A DNA stretch of 64,000 nucleotides from a virus, in IMG/VR virus record IMGVR_UViG_3300037553_000311, positions 1 to 64,000 of that record; one strand, 5' to 3'. This document shows, in pieces, positions 20,651 to 30,927 of this stretch (position 1 is the first letter of the stretch; each line of letters begins with the position of its first letter). The notes below the pieces were generated by a model. The model was given only the letters and a program-made list of their open reading frames with translations, made no database searches and had not been told where the DNA came from. The position numbers were made by a program, and so were the translations under genes.

Positions 20651-21393
20651 TGGATGCATCAGTAGAACAAATAAACGACTTCATTGATACATTCGATGAA
20701 CTAAATGAGGAAGTATCAGGAATAGTATCATTAGAAGATCTAGCTAATGATCTACTAGGTATGGATAGTAATGTCAGTTTCTCCACTATGATGAAAGTAC
20801 AAGATACTACTAAATCTACGTACCTTGAGCAATGTATAGAAACATGCGATGAATCTAAAGCTGAACCTGTAGAGATAGTAAGAGAAGTAGGTAATAATGA
20901 CTATATCACTATAGTTGATATATCTAGTGTATATGAGTTTGCATTTGATGGAGAATCTAAGCCTAATATGTATCAGCAATTAACACAACTCACTAAAGAT
21001 GATACATTGAGTGTAATTTCATGCATACCATTTCACAGATTAAATGGTACTGTCATATTTGATGGATTAGCATATTTCAATGCAATAGCTACATTACCTT
21101 GTAAGACTACATATCGTATTGATACTAAAATAGGTTTCATTGATCTGATGTTAGCTATGAGATGTGATGATGTCATTGTAGGTGAATTTGGTACATTATC
21201 AATAGAGTATGATCAAAAAGCTAATGTCCCAGCTTGTTATAAATTCATGTATGATAATATCGTAGATAGTACTTATGAATACTGGATAGGTAAAGGACTC
21301 ATCACTCAAGAAGAAGTAGATAATCTGAGTAATGATGTGAATAAGTATATACACTTATCTAGTAAAGAGATGATGAATAGGTTAAGTGAATGA
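20650..21393 (+). CDS. Degenerate ClpP-like paralogue with acidic N-terminal extension
   Basis: C-terminal half aligns by eye with the upstream ClpP but lacks Ser/His; start overlaps the ClpP stop (TAATG). Confidence 0.55.
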   Translation: MDASVEQINDFIDTFDELNEEVSGIVSLEDLANDLLGMDSNVSFSTMMKVQDTTKSTYLEQCIETCDESKAEPVEIVREVGNNDYITIVDISSVYEFAFDGESKPNMYQQLTQLTKDDTLSVISCIPFHRLNGTVIFDGLAYFNAIATLPCKTTYRIDTKIGFIDLMLAMRCDDVIVGEFGTLSIEYDQKANVPACYKFMYDNIVDSTYEYWIGKGLITQEEVDNLSNDVNKYIHLSSKEMMNRLSE

Positions 21394-21650
21394 AGTAGAT
21401 AATATCCCGTCGATACCCTCGCCTACACATACCACATGTGTAGTCGAGGGTAGTCTTTATTTCATGCACTTTGAGCATGAGCGATATGCATCTGCTACTG
21501 TAGAGAGTAGATTACTATTTTAGAAGAGCGTGATCTCACGACATCGGACAATATCTAATACACTACATGATCTAGAGATTTTATAATATCCTATACACAT
21601 ATGAATCGTCAGATATCTCATCTGAATTTGATATAATACAGGAGTATATA

Positions 21651-22031
21651 GTGAAATTAGAAATTGACCAGTTCAGCATAGTAGCTGATTATGAGACCAA
21701 GGAAATCATCATTACCAGTTCCAGTAGTGGTGATGAGTACATTATACGTAATATGATATTAGCATACCCCATTGAAGAGGGTATAATGGTGGATACTAAG
21801 AACAACATTATCTGGCTGTCTGGATATGATACAGGTGCTGATACAGATGACAATGAATTCACATTTGTACGAATAGATTTAAGCACAAATAAAGTGATCC
21901 GAAGAAACATTCATGCATGTAATACGGATGTGATCTGGATCATCGGATCAGCTAGGTGGGAACTAGCCGTACGGTACTGTAGTATTCCGTACCGATACGT
22001 CGAATCAACCCTGTGTGTAATCAAGTTCTAA
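21651..22031 (+). CDS. Hypothetical protein with one divergent propeller-like blade
   Basis: AGGAG RBS; GIMVDTKNNIIWLSGY resembles the blade motif. Confidence 0.55.
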   Translation: MKLEIDQFSIVADYETKEIIITSSSSGDEYIIRNMILAYPIEEGIMVDTKNNIIWLSGYDTGADTDDNEFTFVRIDLSTNKVIRRNIHACNTDVIWIIGSARWELAVRYCSIPYRYVESTLCVIKF

Positions 22032-22406
22032 TCACTAGATCAGTGGGAGGTATCAAGTATTATCCGATACCTTCTACTAATTGTATCAGATCAATCACCT
22101 ACTCGTATGGGTAGGTGATTGATCTTCATCTCATGCACTCTGAGCATGAGCGATATGTATCTGCTACTGTAGAGAGTAGATTACTATTTTAGAAGAGTGT
22201 GATCTCGCGACATCTCAAGTATATATCAGTATAGTAGGTATCATATCAGATAATACTTGATATGCTACCTGATCTAGTGATTAGATAAGCATATCAGATA
22301 CTACTTGATATGCTACCTGATCTAGTGATTATATAGCATATAGAATAATCTATACGTACACAAAAAAGTCAGATATATATGACATGATACCTTAGGAGGG
22401 TAAGTT

Positions 22407-22538
22407 ATGAGAGATAAAATTAAAGTAACGAATGAAGATATCATCATTATTGCTGGTTGGACGTATGTTATATGTCCAGTAATAATATTCACGATCATCT
22501 CAGTTATCGCTACAGTTGTAGCGAATAACATCATCTAA
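22407..22538 (+). CDS. 43-aa membrane peptide (MRDKIKVTNEDIIIIAGWTYV...), not in the ORF track
   Basis: Behind promoter, hairpins and conserved leader/RBS; terminator at 22548-22600. Confidence 0.65.
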   Translation: MRDKIKVTNEDIIIIAGWTYVICPVIIFTIISVIATVVANNII

Positions 22539-22624
22539 CTACAAATTATCCTCACCTACACATATCACATGTGTAGGTGAGGATGATATCTTTATTTTTT
22601 ACACTTTAGCATCTACTCATATAT

Positions 22625-25117
22625 TCACCCATACGTGATCTTCACATTATCATTATACCCAGCAGGTACTTCGATACTATCTTTAGTGAGTAATATAGTA
22701 TCACCACTAAAGCCATCTATGAGTACTTGATCATGAGCTATTAGAAATAACTGACTCACTATCTTATTCGTTACTAGCTTATTGATAAGATCAGCTAATA
22801 GATTCTTATGTACAGTATCTAAGTTTCTATCTATCTCATCTACATATACTGGGTAATTATTAAGATCTAACTCGATGATCATAGCTAAGTTAAATGCTAA
22901 TGTAATGATACCTATCTGACCTTGAGAACATTCACTTATATCTCGTATCTTGATACCTTCTATACTAAGAGGGAATACAAAGTTTAATGTATCTACTGGA
23001 TCTATCACCATATGATACGATGTCATCTCACCTATGAAGTAGTTAGTAGTAGTGATGATACTATTAACAAACTCTTTAGTGTAATTGATAGGTAGTTCAG
23101 ATAATGACTCCTCAACTAATTTACTATTAGTATGTAGTGTCTTATATTCATCTATTACAGTATTCACTTCCTTATCTAATCTGATAGCTATAGACTCTTG
23201 TTCTTTACAGATATCAGTGATATCTATAAGCTCTTTCCTTATGTCATTTAGCATCTTATCTAGTATAGTATTCACTCTATTTAAGTAATCGATACTAGCA
23301 CTTACAGATGTATCCTTTTCCATAATCACTATGTTATTTGATAACTCGATAAGCTCACACTTACTAGAGTGAAACTTAGTTAGTAATCTCAGATCATTTA
23401 CATGATTATCACGCTCTAAAGTCTTAGTAATATGTACATTACGTAACTCATCTAATTGGATCTTGTACTTATCTAACTCAGATGTAAGTACTTTAGATGA
23501 GAACTTGATGTTGTTATTAACAGTAGCTTTATCTTTCTCTAAGATATCGATACGCTTGAGTAAGCTCTGATAAGATATATATGATTCACTCTCACGTATG
23601 TAGTTATTGATGATAGTAGATATACCGTTAGGGTAATTTTGCACTATGTTAGGAAGATCACTCATATCTATATATCTGGAGATGGGACCTGATAGTGAGT
23701 TATATATCTCATCTAGGTGTTTCCATACTAGAGTCTGAATTTCTAATTCTTTAGCAAGATTCATACAAGTGGATTCTAGCTTATCTATTCGCTTAGATAA
23801 ACTAATCCCTATCTTGACTAACTTAGCAAGTTCATTCTTTTTAGCTGTGACATGTGAGTTATACTTGATATATAACTCACATGATCCTTTATCACATATG
23901 CTGGCAGTATCGTATTCATTTATCAACTTATTAGCATCTCTCTTACGTTTACTATTAGTACTAGCTTCAATTTTAGCACTACTTAATAGGTTACTATGTT
24001 CACGTAATGATTCTTTTAGTAGTTGATATTCATGTTTACTTAAGATCTTATCATAGGTTACATATGATAAGTTAGTCAGCCAGTAGTTTAGCTTATTATT
24101 AGTCTCTCTAGCGTTATCGATATCATCTATACTGAGAGGTATAAAGTCAGTCTTAAATTCATATGTGTTAGCGTGTACTACTAGATCAGCTAATTCTTCT
24201 TCAGATGAGGTATTAGACTTAGAGATGCTTTTCAGTTTAGCTTCGTAATCGTTTATATTAGTGACTACAGTAGCTAGAGATTTAGTACATTCTAGTATCT
24301 CATTATCTAGCAATTGGATATGTACTGGTAGTGTAGTCAACTTAGTTTCACTACTAGCTCTATCGATATGTGTATATGATAATATGTCATTATAGTTGTC
24401 CCGTAGGGTAGTACGTAAGTCGTCTATATCGATGATTTCACTATCATCACTGACGGTATCTAAGCCCTCCAGTAACCCATTTACCTTAGTTATCCATATG
24501 AGTAATAGTTTCTCCTGATCTTCATACTTCTTCTTAGTATCATTTAGCTTTAGTAACTTATCAGTATCTAGCTGTTGTGATGATAATTGAGCTTGACGTT
24601 GATATAATCTATCTAAGTTATTACTAGCTGAAGTAGTAGCCTTCCTTACAATTTTATGTCTATCTATGAATAAGCTAATATCAATAGGGTTCATATCTAA
24701 GAGTACTGATTTTCTCTGACTAGGTCTCATATTACATATATCTAATGAGCACTTGAGTATAGTCTGTTTAGTGGTATCTAGTTTTAGATACTTATATATG
24801 AGTTCTCTCTGTACTCCATTAGTACCATTCTTATTTAGATTAGTACCATTCTGTATAAATAGATGACCCATCTCTCTGCTATATCTGAGTTCATATATGT
24901 CATTCTCATATTCTAATGTAAGCTCTTTATACCCAGTCTTAGTGAATAAGCTCTTATTATTATCATAAGGATATAGTTCATTGAGTACACTAGATTTAGC
25001 ATACCCATTCCTACCAGTAATGATAGTGATGGGTGAATCAAATTCAGCTTCAAAGTGTTTAATGTTAGCTACTTGAAATCTAATGAAGTTATGCAATACG
25101 ATCTTTAGTATCTTCAT
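22625..25117 (-). CDS. sbcC: SbcC/Rad50-like SMC ATPase
   Basis: GRNGYAKS Walker A, long coiled coil with central Cys pair, CSQGQ signature, VYVDEID Walker B, IAHD H-loop. Confidence 0.85.
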   Translation of the reverse strand: MKILKIVLHNFIRFQVANIKHFEAEFDSPITIITGRNGYAKSSVLNELYPYDNNKSLFTKTGYKELTLEYENDIYELRYSREMGHLFIQNGTNLNKNGTNGVQRELIYKYLKLDTTKQTILKCSLDICNMRPSQRKSVLLDMNPIDISLFIDRHKIVRKATTSASNNLDRLYQRQAQLSSQQLDTDKLLKLNDTKKKYEDQEKLLLIWITKVNGLLEGLDTVSDDSEIIDIDDLRTTLRDNYNDILSYTHIDRASSETKLTTLPVHIQLLDNEILECTKSLATVVTNINDYEAKLKSISKSNTSSEEELADLVVHANTYEFKTDFIPLSIDDIDNARETNNKLNYWLTNLSYVTYDKILSKHEYQLLKESLREHSNLLSSAKIEASTNSKRKRDANKLINEYDTASICDKGSCELYIKYNSHVTAKKNELAKLVKIGISLSKRIDKLESTCMNLAKELEIQTLVWKHLDEIYNSLSGPISRYIDMSDLPNIVQNYPNGISTIINNYIRESESYISYQSLLKRIDILEKDKATVNNNIKFSSKVLTSELDKYKIQLDELRNVHITKTLERDNHVNDLRLLTKFHSSKCELIELSNNIVIMEKDTSVSASIDYLNRVNTILDKMLNDIRKELIDITDICKEQESIAIRLDKEVNTVIDEYKTLHTNSKLVEESLSELPINYTKEFVNSIITTTNYFIGEMTSYHMVIDPVDTLNFVFPLSIEGIKIRDISECSQGQIGIITLAFNLAMIIELDLNNYPVYVDEIDRNLDTVHKNLLADLINKLVTNKIVSQLFLIAHDQVLIDGFSGDTILLTKDSIEVPAGYNDNVKITYG

Positions 25118-25252
25118 ATTAGTATCCTCTTGTACATTAGTGATTAATATATATTACCAGTTGTTATTTGATAGTATTACTGTATCCATAGAATATCGCT
25201 AATATATTCTAAAACATTGAATCCACTCCACTAATATAACAGGTAAGCATAT

Positions 25253-26023
25253 ATGGATAACATAATCGTAACTAAAACAGAGGAACAATATCGTAAAGAT
25301 ATCGACACTAATAATGTATCTAAGGTAAGTGTATATGAGAACAATAAAATACCACAACATGTAGCATTCATATCAGACTTGAGCATGTATCTACCAGATA
25401 TATTCGAGGTACCATCATGTGATAATAATGAAATGTATGCTCGTATAGTAGATAATGTGAATACCTTAAGATTTAAAGCAGTAGAGTTAATAGATACATG
25501 TCCTATCTGTGGTAGTAAACTCACAGTGCTAGATACATTAGCTGATAGCTTAATCATATGCTTTAATCTAAATTGTACAACTGCGCCACTGGAGCATTAC
25601 TTATGTAGGAAATTATACATACTCACTAATCACATGATAGAAGATCACATCATCATGCATTGGATAAGTGAGTTACGTACTAGTGATAAAACAGTCACAT
25701 TTACATCAATCTTAACACATGTGATAAATTCTATACATGAAGACCACGATCCATATACTGATGAAAAGCAATTGATCATAGATAGTATTCGTAATCTAAC
25801 AATAGATAGATTCATCAACCTAGTAACAGTATTAGATGTAATAGAAAACCCAGATACATTCGGTATCGAGTTTGATTCATCATTAGTGAACCTAATCAAC
25901 CGAGTATCTAATAATCTCAATGATAATATTGATCATACTAAATCGATGATAGATATGACTAATATGATACTAACTAACCTGGAATTATTAGAGTTATATA
26001 AACGATGCTACATTACCACTTAG
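25253..26023 (+). CDS. Protein with a LigA-type Zn finger, no adenylation domain
   Basis: CPICGSKL...IICFNLNC resembles the NAD-ligase C4 finger; no KxDG motif seen. Confidence 0.5.
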   Translation: MDNIIVTKTEEQYRKDIDTNNVSKVSVYENNKIPQHVAFISDLSMYLPDIFEVPSCDNNEMYARIVDNVNTLRFKAVELIDTCPICGSKLTVLDTLADSLIICFNLNCTTAPLEHYLCRKLYILTNHMIEDHIIMHWISELRTSDKTVTFTSILTHVINSIHEDHDPYTDEKQLIIDSIRNLTIDRFINLVTVLDVIENPDTFGIEFDSSLVNLINRVSNNLNDNIDHTKSMIDMTNMILTNLELLELYKRCYITT

Positions 26024-26176
26024 GATTGAGTAATATCATTACTACTATATATACATGTATGGGATAATGCAGAGTACATATCAGATACTATCTACCATTG
26101 AAACTGTGTAATAATATTATGCTAGTATATATAGTAGTAATCTAAATCAGTCACTATTTCAGGTATATATCACTAT

Positions 26177-26300
26177 AGTAGAAGGTATCAGATAATACTT
26201 GATACCTCCCACTGATCTTTGATTAGTAGAAGGTATCAGATAATACTTGATACCTCCCACTGATCTAGCGATTAGTAGAAGGTATCAGATATAATCAGAT
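26177..26300 (+). repeat. Tandem 48-49-nt stem-loop array (hairpin B) directly downstream of the promoter; about 17 loci in the window
   Basis: agtagaaggtatc-agataatactt-gatacctcccact units joined by gatctttgatt/gatctagcgatt linkers. Confidence 0.85.
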
Positions 26301-26406
26301 ATGCTAATAGTAATGTATATGTGAAGTAACTATAATCATCATTGGAATACTTAATTGGTAAGTGTTTCATCTAACGTAGTAAGTTATAAAAAAAGGAGCA
26401 AGTAAT

Positions 26407-26862
26407 ATGGATAAGGAAACTAAGGATGTTAAAAAAGTAGGCAATTACGATGAAGCAACTAAGTTCATTAATGATCACATCAAGCTCATTTCAGATAAAC
26501 CTGGTAAGATCATCTATCAGATGAATCGTGACCCATATGTCAAATTCATGACAAGTAAGGGAATCACTAAAGATTCTCTTGAGCAGATCACTGACGCTAA
26601 TCATGAGTTCATGCATGGTTCGATGTTGGTGGCGAAAGATAAGCTCGTCGAGCATAATGATGAAGATCGTGTGGAACTTCGTTTCCGCTGCCCAGATGGT
26701 CGTCAGGATGTAATCATCAAACGATCTAAAGATGTACGTAATCTGAAATCTGGTGAGACTTTCACCAAATATGGTACCGTGTCAGTAATTAAACGACTCC
26801 GTACTCAGATGGATAAAGGTATTATCGACGCAATTGCTGCTGAGATTGAGAAGACCGTATAA
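26407..26862 (+). CDS. Basic small protein, possibly DNA-binding
   Basis: AGGAG RBS; VRNLKSGETF resembles the HU arm RNPxTGE. Confidence 0.5.
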   Translation: MDKETKDVKKVGNYDEATKFINDHIKLISDKPGKIIYQMNRDPYVKFMTSKGITKDSLEQITDANHEFMHGSMLVAKDKLVEHNDEDRVELRFRCPDGRQDVIIKRSKDVRNLKSGETFTKYGTVSVIKRLRTQMDKGIIDAIAAEIEKTV

Positions 26863-26925
26863 TGCACATCGTTAGACTTCTCCAATGTTGGGGGAGTCTA
26901 ACGATATCTTTACTAGGAGATAATC

Positions 26926-27273
26926 ATGAGTACAGATATGTTACCGATTAATAGTAAGTCACCGATGGATATGTCACCGATTAATAGTAAATCACAAGTC
27001 AACTTAGATTTTGATAGTAAAGTGTTACCTGATAAGTTAGTAGCTAATCTCATCACTGGTGAATTTAAAGTAGGTGAAGTCGATATACAAATGAAAGATG
27101 TCGAGGTTGGTATCATCGCCACAGAGACTAATGTAGCAGAAGTAATCGAGTGGTTAGAAACACTCACAGTAACAACTGTAATCATAGTGACTCCTAAAGG
27201 ATTCTCTATGGATACATTAGATCATTTCATAGAAGTGGCACGATCTCATAATGATAACTGTAATCATAGTTAA
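26926..27273 (+). CDS. Hypothetical protein with an N-terminal 11-aa duplication
   Basis: AGGAG RBS; DMLPINSKS/DMSPINSKS. Confidence 0.6.
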   Translation: MSTDMLPINSKSPMDMSPINSKSQVNLDFDSKVLPDKLVANLITGEFKVGEVDIQMKDVEVGIIATETNVAEVIEWLETLTVTTVIIVTPKGFSMDTLDHFIEVARSHNDNCNHS

Positions 27274-27643
27274 CAATACATTAGTGATTGTACCATTAAC
27301 TATGTCGCTCAATGTTGCATTATATCACCCTCTAGTAATGGATGCTCGTATATCATCTGTATTGACTCCTACAGTACTGATGGTAGAACTGCTATCTATT
27401 ATGTCATTGAGCGACATAACTAATGGTATAATCTAACTACAAATTATCCTCACCTACACATATCACATGTGTAGGTGAGGATGATATCTTTATTTTTTAC
27501 ACTTTAGCATGAGCAAGAGATGTTTGCTCCTACTCAGAGTACATCAGAACCAGTGTACATAGATGTTATTTTTCATACGATCCATTCATATGTATAGGTA
27601 TATAATCGATATGACATTACGCTTTTTTTTAGGAGTATGTATT

Positions 27644-29056
27644 ATGAGTATTAAAAAAATAGTATCTAAAGCATGTATGCATTCATGTCTAGTGAAGAAG
27701 AAATTCACTGAAGCTGTCATCGTAAAAGAGAGAACACTGTATGATGATGGTAGTACATCATCTAGGTTAGCTACATATGTAGATCCTAAGAGATCTTTCT
27801 ACATGACTCAGAAGAGATATCGTGATTATAAGTATAAGATTGAACTAGAGGATATATCTAAGTTAGATAAGTTCACAGTAAAGAATATAGATCTACGAAG
27901 AAAGTTAGCTGAAGTACTAGGTCTACGTCCTGGATATCATAAAGATGCTGTCCTATTTAGATCTCCTTATATATTTGGTGCTGATATTTCAATAGAGTCT
28001 CTAATCAAGATGCACTACATGAATACATTTGAAATAGATATACCACCAACATATGGATTCTTAGATATTGAAACATCGATAGATACAGATGAGATTATGC
28101 TCATATCGTATATAGCAAATGGTACAGTATATTTATGCGTACTAGATCACTTCTTATATAGAGAAGAGACAGATACTAATGGTAATATCAATCGTATCAA
28201 AGTATCAGAAGTAGAGATGAATAATTATCTGCTGAAATCACTAGGTGATTATACTAGTAAGTTAAATCCATCTAAAAAGATACCACAGAATCTCATCTCT
28301 ACTATGAAAGGATTAAAGTATGAGCTTAAAGTATTCACTAATGAGATAGAACTGATAGCATGGACTTTTAAGAATATCCATCATGAGCAAGTAGATATGA
28401 TAGGTATTTGGAATATGGGTTATGATATCCCATATATACTAGATAGGTTGAAATTATTGAAAGTATCATCTGAATCTATTTTCTGTGACCCTACGTTAGA
28501 TGAATCATTCCGTTACGTATCTTATATTGCAGATAAGAATAAGAGGATAGCACATTTCACTCTAAAGTGGGATTACCTACATTGTACTTCTGGTTCTCAA
28601 TTTATAGATAGTATGAGTCTATTTAGTCAGGTACGTAGAACTGCTGGATTTAGAGCAAAATATACACTAGATGCTATACTAGATGAGGAATTAGGTCTAT
28701 CTAAATTACCATTAAAAGATGGTGGTTCTCATGCAGTCAATCAGCGACGTCACTTCATGGATTATACTGTATATAATGCATTCGATAGTATATCATTATA
28801 TCTACTAGAGATGAAGAATAATGATCTATTAGCGATGTCTATTCTTGCTGGTATGACTCCAATATCTAAGTTTGCAGCAGCTGGTATCAAAAGTACCAAT
28901 AGTACTTATCGTCATCATTTAGCTAAAGGTAAGATCTTAGCTAGTGTTAGTAATCTTGATAACTATGTGAAGTTAGATAAGTTATTTAGTAATTGTGGTG
29001 GTCTAGTATTACCTCCGCATAATGTTGAAAATGTAGGGATATGCTTAGATATCTAG
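27644..29056 (+). CDS. Family-B DNA polymerase, N-terminal/3'-5' exonuclease part
   Basis: ExoI FLDIET, ExoII WNMGYDIPYI, YTLD, ExoIII YNAFD, ending with CGGLVLPP (YxGG-like). AGGAG RBS before 27644. Confidence 0.8.
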   Translation: MSIKKIVSKACMHSCLVKKKFTEAVIVKERTLYDDGSTSSRLATYVDPKRSFYMTQKRYRDYKYKIELEDISKLDKFTVKNIDLRRKLAEVLGLRPGYHKDAVLFRSPYIFGADISIESLIKMHYMNTFEIDIPPTYGFLDIETSIDTDEIMLISYIANGTVYLCVLDHFLYREETDTNGNINRIKVSEVEMNNYLLKSLGDYTSKLNPSKKIPQNLISTMKGLKYELKVFTNEIELIAWTFKNIHHEQVDMIGIWNMGYDIPYILDRLKLLKVSSESIFCDPTLDESFRYVSYIADKNKRIAHFTLKWDYLHCTSGSQFIDSMSLFSQVRRTAGFRAKYTLDAILDEELGLSKLPLKDGGSHAVNQRRHFMDYTVYNAFDSISLYLLEMKNNDLLAMSILAGMTPISKFAAAGIKSTNSTYRHHLAKGKILASVSNLDNYVKLDKLFSNCGGLVLPPHNVENVGICLDI

Positions 29057-29163
29057 TACTGTATACTCCTACGTGAAGGTCATATTTAGCCTATTTTAGA
29101 TTCACCACTCCCGATATAATAGGTACTGAGAATGGAGTATATAGATAATTGGAGAATGTCACC

Positions 29164-29463
29164 ATGTCAAATGATACCACTAGTAGTGATAATAAAGTAC
29201 CGACTACACTTTCTTTATACGTGAGTCAGTGTGATTTTAAATCAGCATACCCATGTATCATGCGTACAGCTAATATATCTAGAGATACGTTCACAGGAGT
29301 AGTATATAGTATCGAAGGTAGAGATAGATCATCAATCATAGATTACTATTCTAACCTGATACATCTAAGAGAAAATGCAGTATACTTATGTAGTGAGTAT
29401 CATAATTTCCCAGATTACCTAGAGATGGATGATGTGGTAAGTCAGTACTTATCTACTCAGTGA
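29164..29463 (+). CDS. Family-B DNA polymerase motif A fragment
   Basis: CDFKSAYP...NISRDT matches DxxSLYP...NIS.ET; own GGAG RBS and ATG at 29164. Confidence 0.75.
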   Translation: MSNDTTSSDNKVPTTLSLYVSQCDFKSAYPCIMRTANISRDTFTGVVYSIEGRDRSSIIDYYSNLIHLRENAVYLCSEYHNFPDYLEMDDVVSQYLSTQ

Positions 29464-29538
29464 TTATGCACATATCTTTTTATTCACCAGCATCATACCT
29501 ATAGGTGATAAATGAAAAATTAATTATAAGGTGACATT

Positions 29539-30198
29539 ATGCAGTATGTATTCTTTACAGGACGGAATAGAGTAGGTAAGACAACATTATCTCTAGCATT
29601 ACATCAGTATCTAATTAGTAATGGTAGTGATGTTGAAATAGTATCATTTGCAGAGGCTATGAGGTATGAGATAGTTGAATATTATGGTATCCCATATGAT
29701 GTAATATTTGATAAGAGTATAGATAAGAATACATATATGATCACATTAGGTGATTACCCATATCTAAATGAAGCTGTAGAGTTACATATATCTAGTGGAC
29801 TTACTGATAATGAGGATACATTTAAGTCAACCACATATACATTACGAGAACTACTTATAACACATGGTACTCATATCAGACGTAAAGATGATAATGATTA
29901 TTGGGTGAAGTTATTTTCACATCATGCCATGGTGCTAGCTGAACGTGGAGTAGATATGATGATCGTAGATGATGCTAGATATCAGAATGAATTTGATACT
30001 ATAGCTACATGTGATCTCATATTCTGGTTAGATAATGGATTCACAGGTACGTCAGATCTACCACAAGATAATGTTGTCGCTTGGTATCGTGCAAATAGAG
30101 ATAGATGTATCAGCATGGATATACCTATCCCACTGTCACCGAGTAAATGTGATATCATACTACAAGATGTAATTAAACACATAGGAGATCGTACATGA
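29539..30198 (+). CDS. Deoxynucleoside monophosphate kinase-like P-loop protein
   Basis: GRNRVGKT, SFAEAMR, RELLITHGT..RR, DDARYQNE. Confidence 0.75.
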   Translation: MQYVFFTGRNRVGKTTLSLALHQYLISNGSDVEIVSFAEAMRYEIVEYYGIPYDVIFDKSIDKNTYMITLGDYPYLNEAVELHISSGLTDNEDTFKSTTYTLRELLITHGTHIRRKDDNDYWVKLFSHHAMVLAERGVDMMIVDDARYQNEFDTIATCDLIFWLDNGFTGTSDLPQDNVVAWYRANRDRCISMDIPIPLSPSKCDIILQDVIKHIGDRT

Positions 30199-30758
30199 TA
30201 CATAGTAAGACTACGTTAAACTGTCTCTCAATCGATCTTGGATCTAATCTCGGTTGGGTGAAAAGTCGAATCACATTACAACCTAAGCTCAAGTTAGACG
30301 TGACTGAGCATAATACAATAAATCTAAATAAGCTCACTGATATAGAGATGCGGAATGATTTTAATAATGTGTATCATCGGAACCGTGTCAAGTTGACTAT
30401 CTTAGAAGACATACTAACAAAACTGACTAGTCGTCTTAAATATGATCTATATATAGTGGAAGATGTATTTGCTAATCCATATAGAGTAGCAGCTTTTAAA
30501 TCTCTACTACTGATGATGGATACATTAGAGCGTATAGTTAATATTAAACATGGTAAGAGACTACACACGATAGCACCAATGGCTATCAAAAAGATAGTAG
30601 CTGATATGGGTAATGCTGATAAGATGGCTGTACAAGAAGCATTACTAGCTAATGAAGATATCACTATCAGGAAGCCAGATCTATTAACTGAACATACAAG
30701 TGATGCAATCGGTGTAGCGTACGCCTTCAGTAAAAAGTACCTACTCAATAGTATTTGA
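30195..30758 (+). CDS. ruvC: RuvC-like Holliday junction resolvase
   Basis: LSIDLG, IVEDVF, P..IKK.V...GNADK, H.SDAIGVA. Confidence 0.85.
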   Translation: MIHSKTTLNCLSIDLGSNLGWVKSRITLQPKLKLDVTEHNTINLNKLTDIEMRNDFNNVYHRNRVKLTILEDILTKLTSRLKYDLYIVEDVFANPYRVAAFKSLLLMMDTLERIVNIKHGKRLHTIAPMAIKKIVADMGNADKMAVQEALLANEDITIRKPDLLTEHTSDAIGVAYAFSKKYLLNSI

Positions 30759-30927
30759 CATATATCACTACTCACTACCGCATACGTGGTAGTGAGTAGT
30801 GTCTTTGTTTATTCACTCTGAAGTAGTAGTAAAAGATATCTACTCATCTCAAGTATATATTACTACAGTAGATCATATTAAACGATAGCGTGAAATAGTT
30901 CACTCATATACATCATCAGGAGATACC

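Noticed and set aside
26177-26300. Hairpin-B arrays as mini-CRISPR arrays
   Set aside because: The variable parts are self-complementary stems and the linkers are constant; nothing has spacer length or uniqueness.
27563-27643. ORF-track starts at 27563, 29149, 48404 and 54670
   Set aside because: Better RBS-linked ATGs lie downstream at 27644, 29164, 48518 and 54613.
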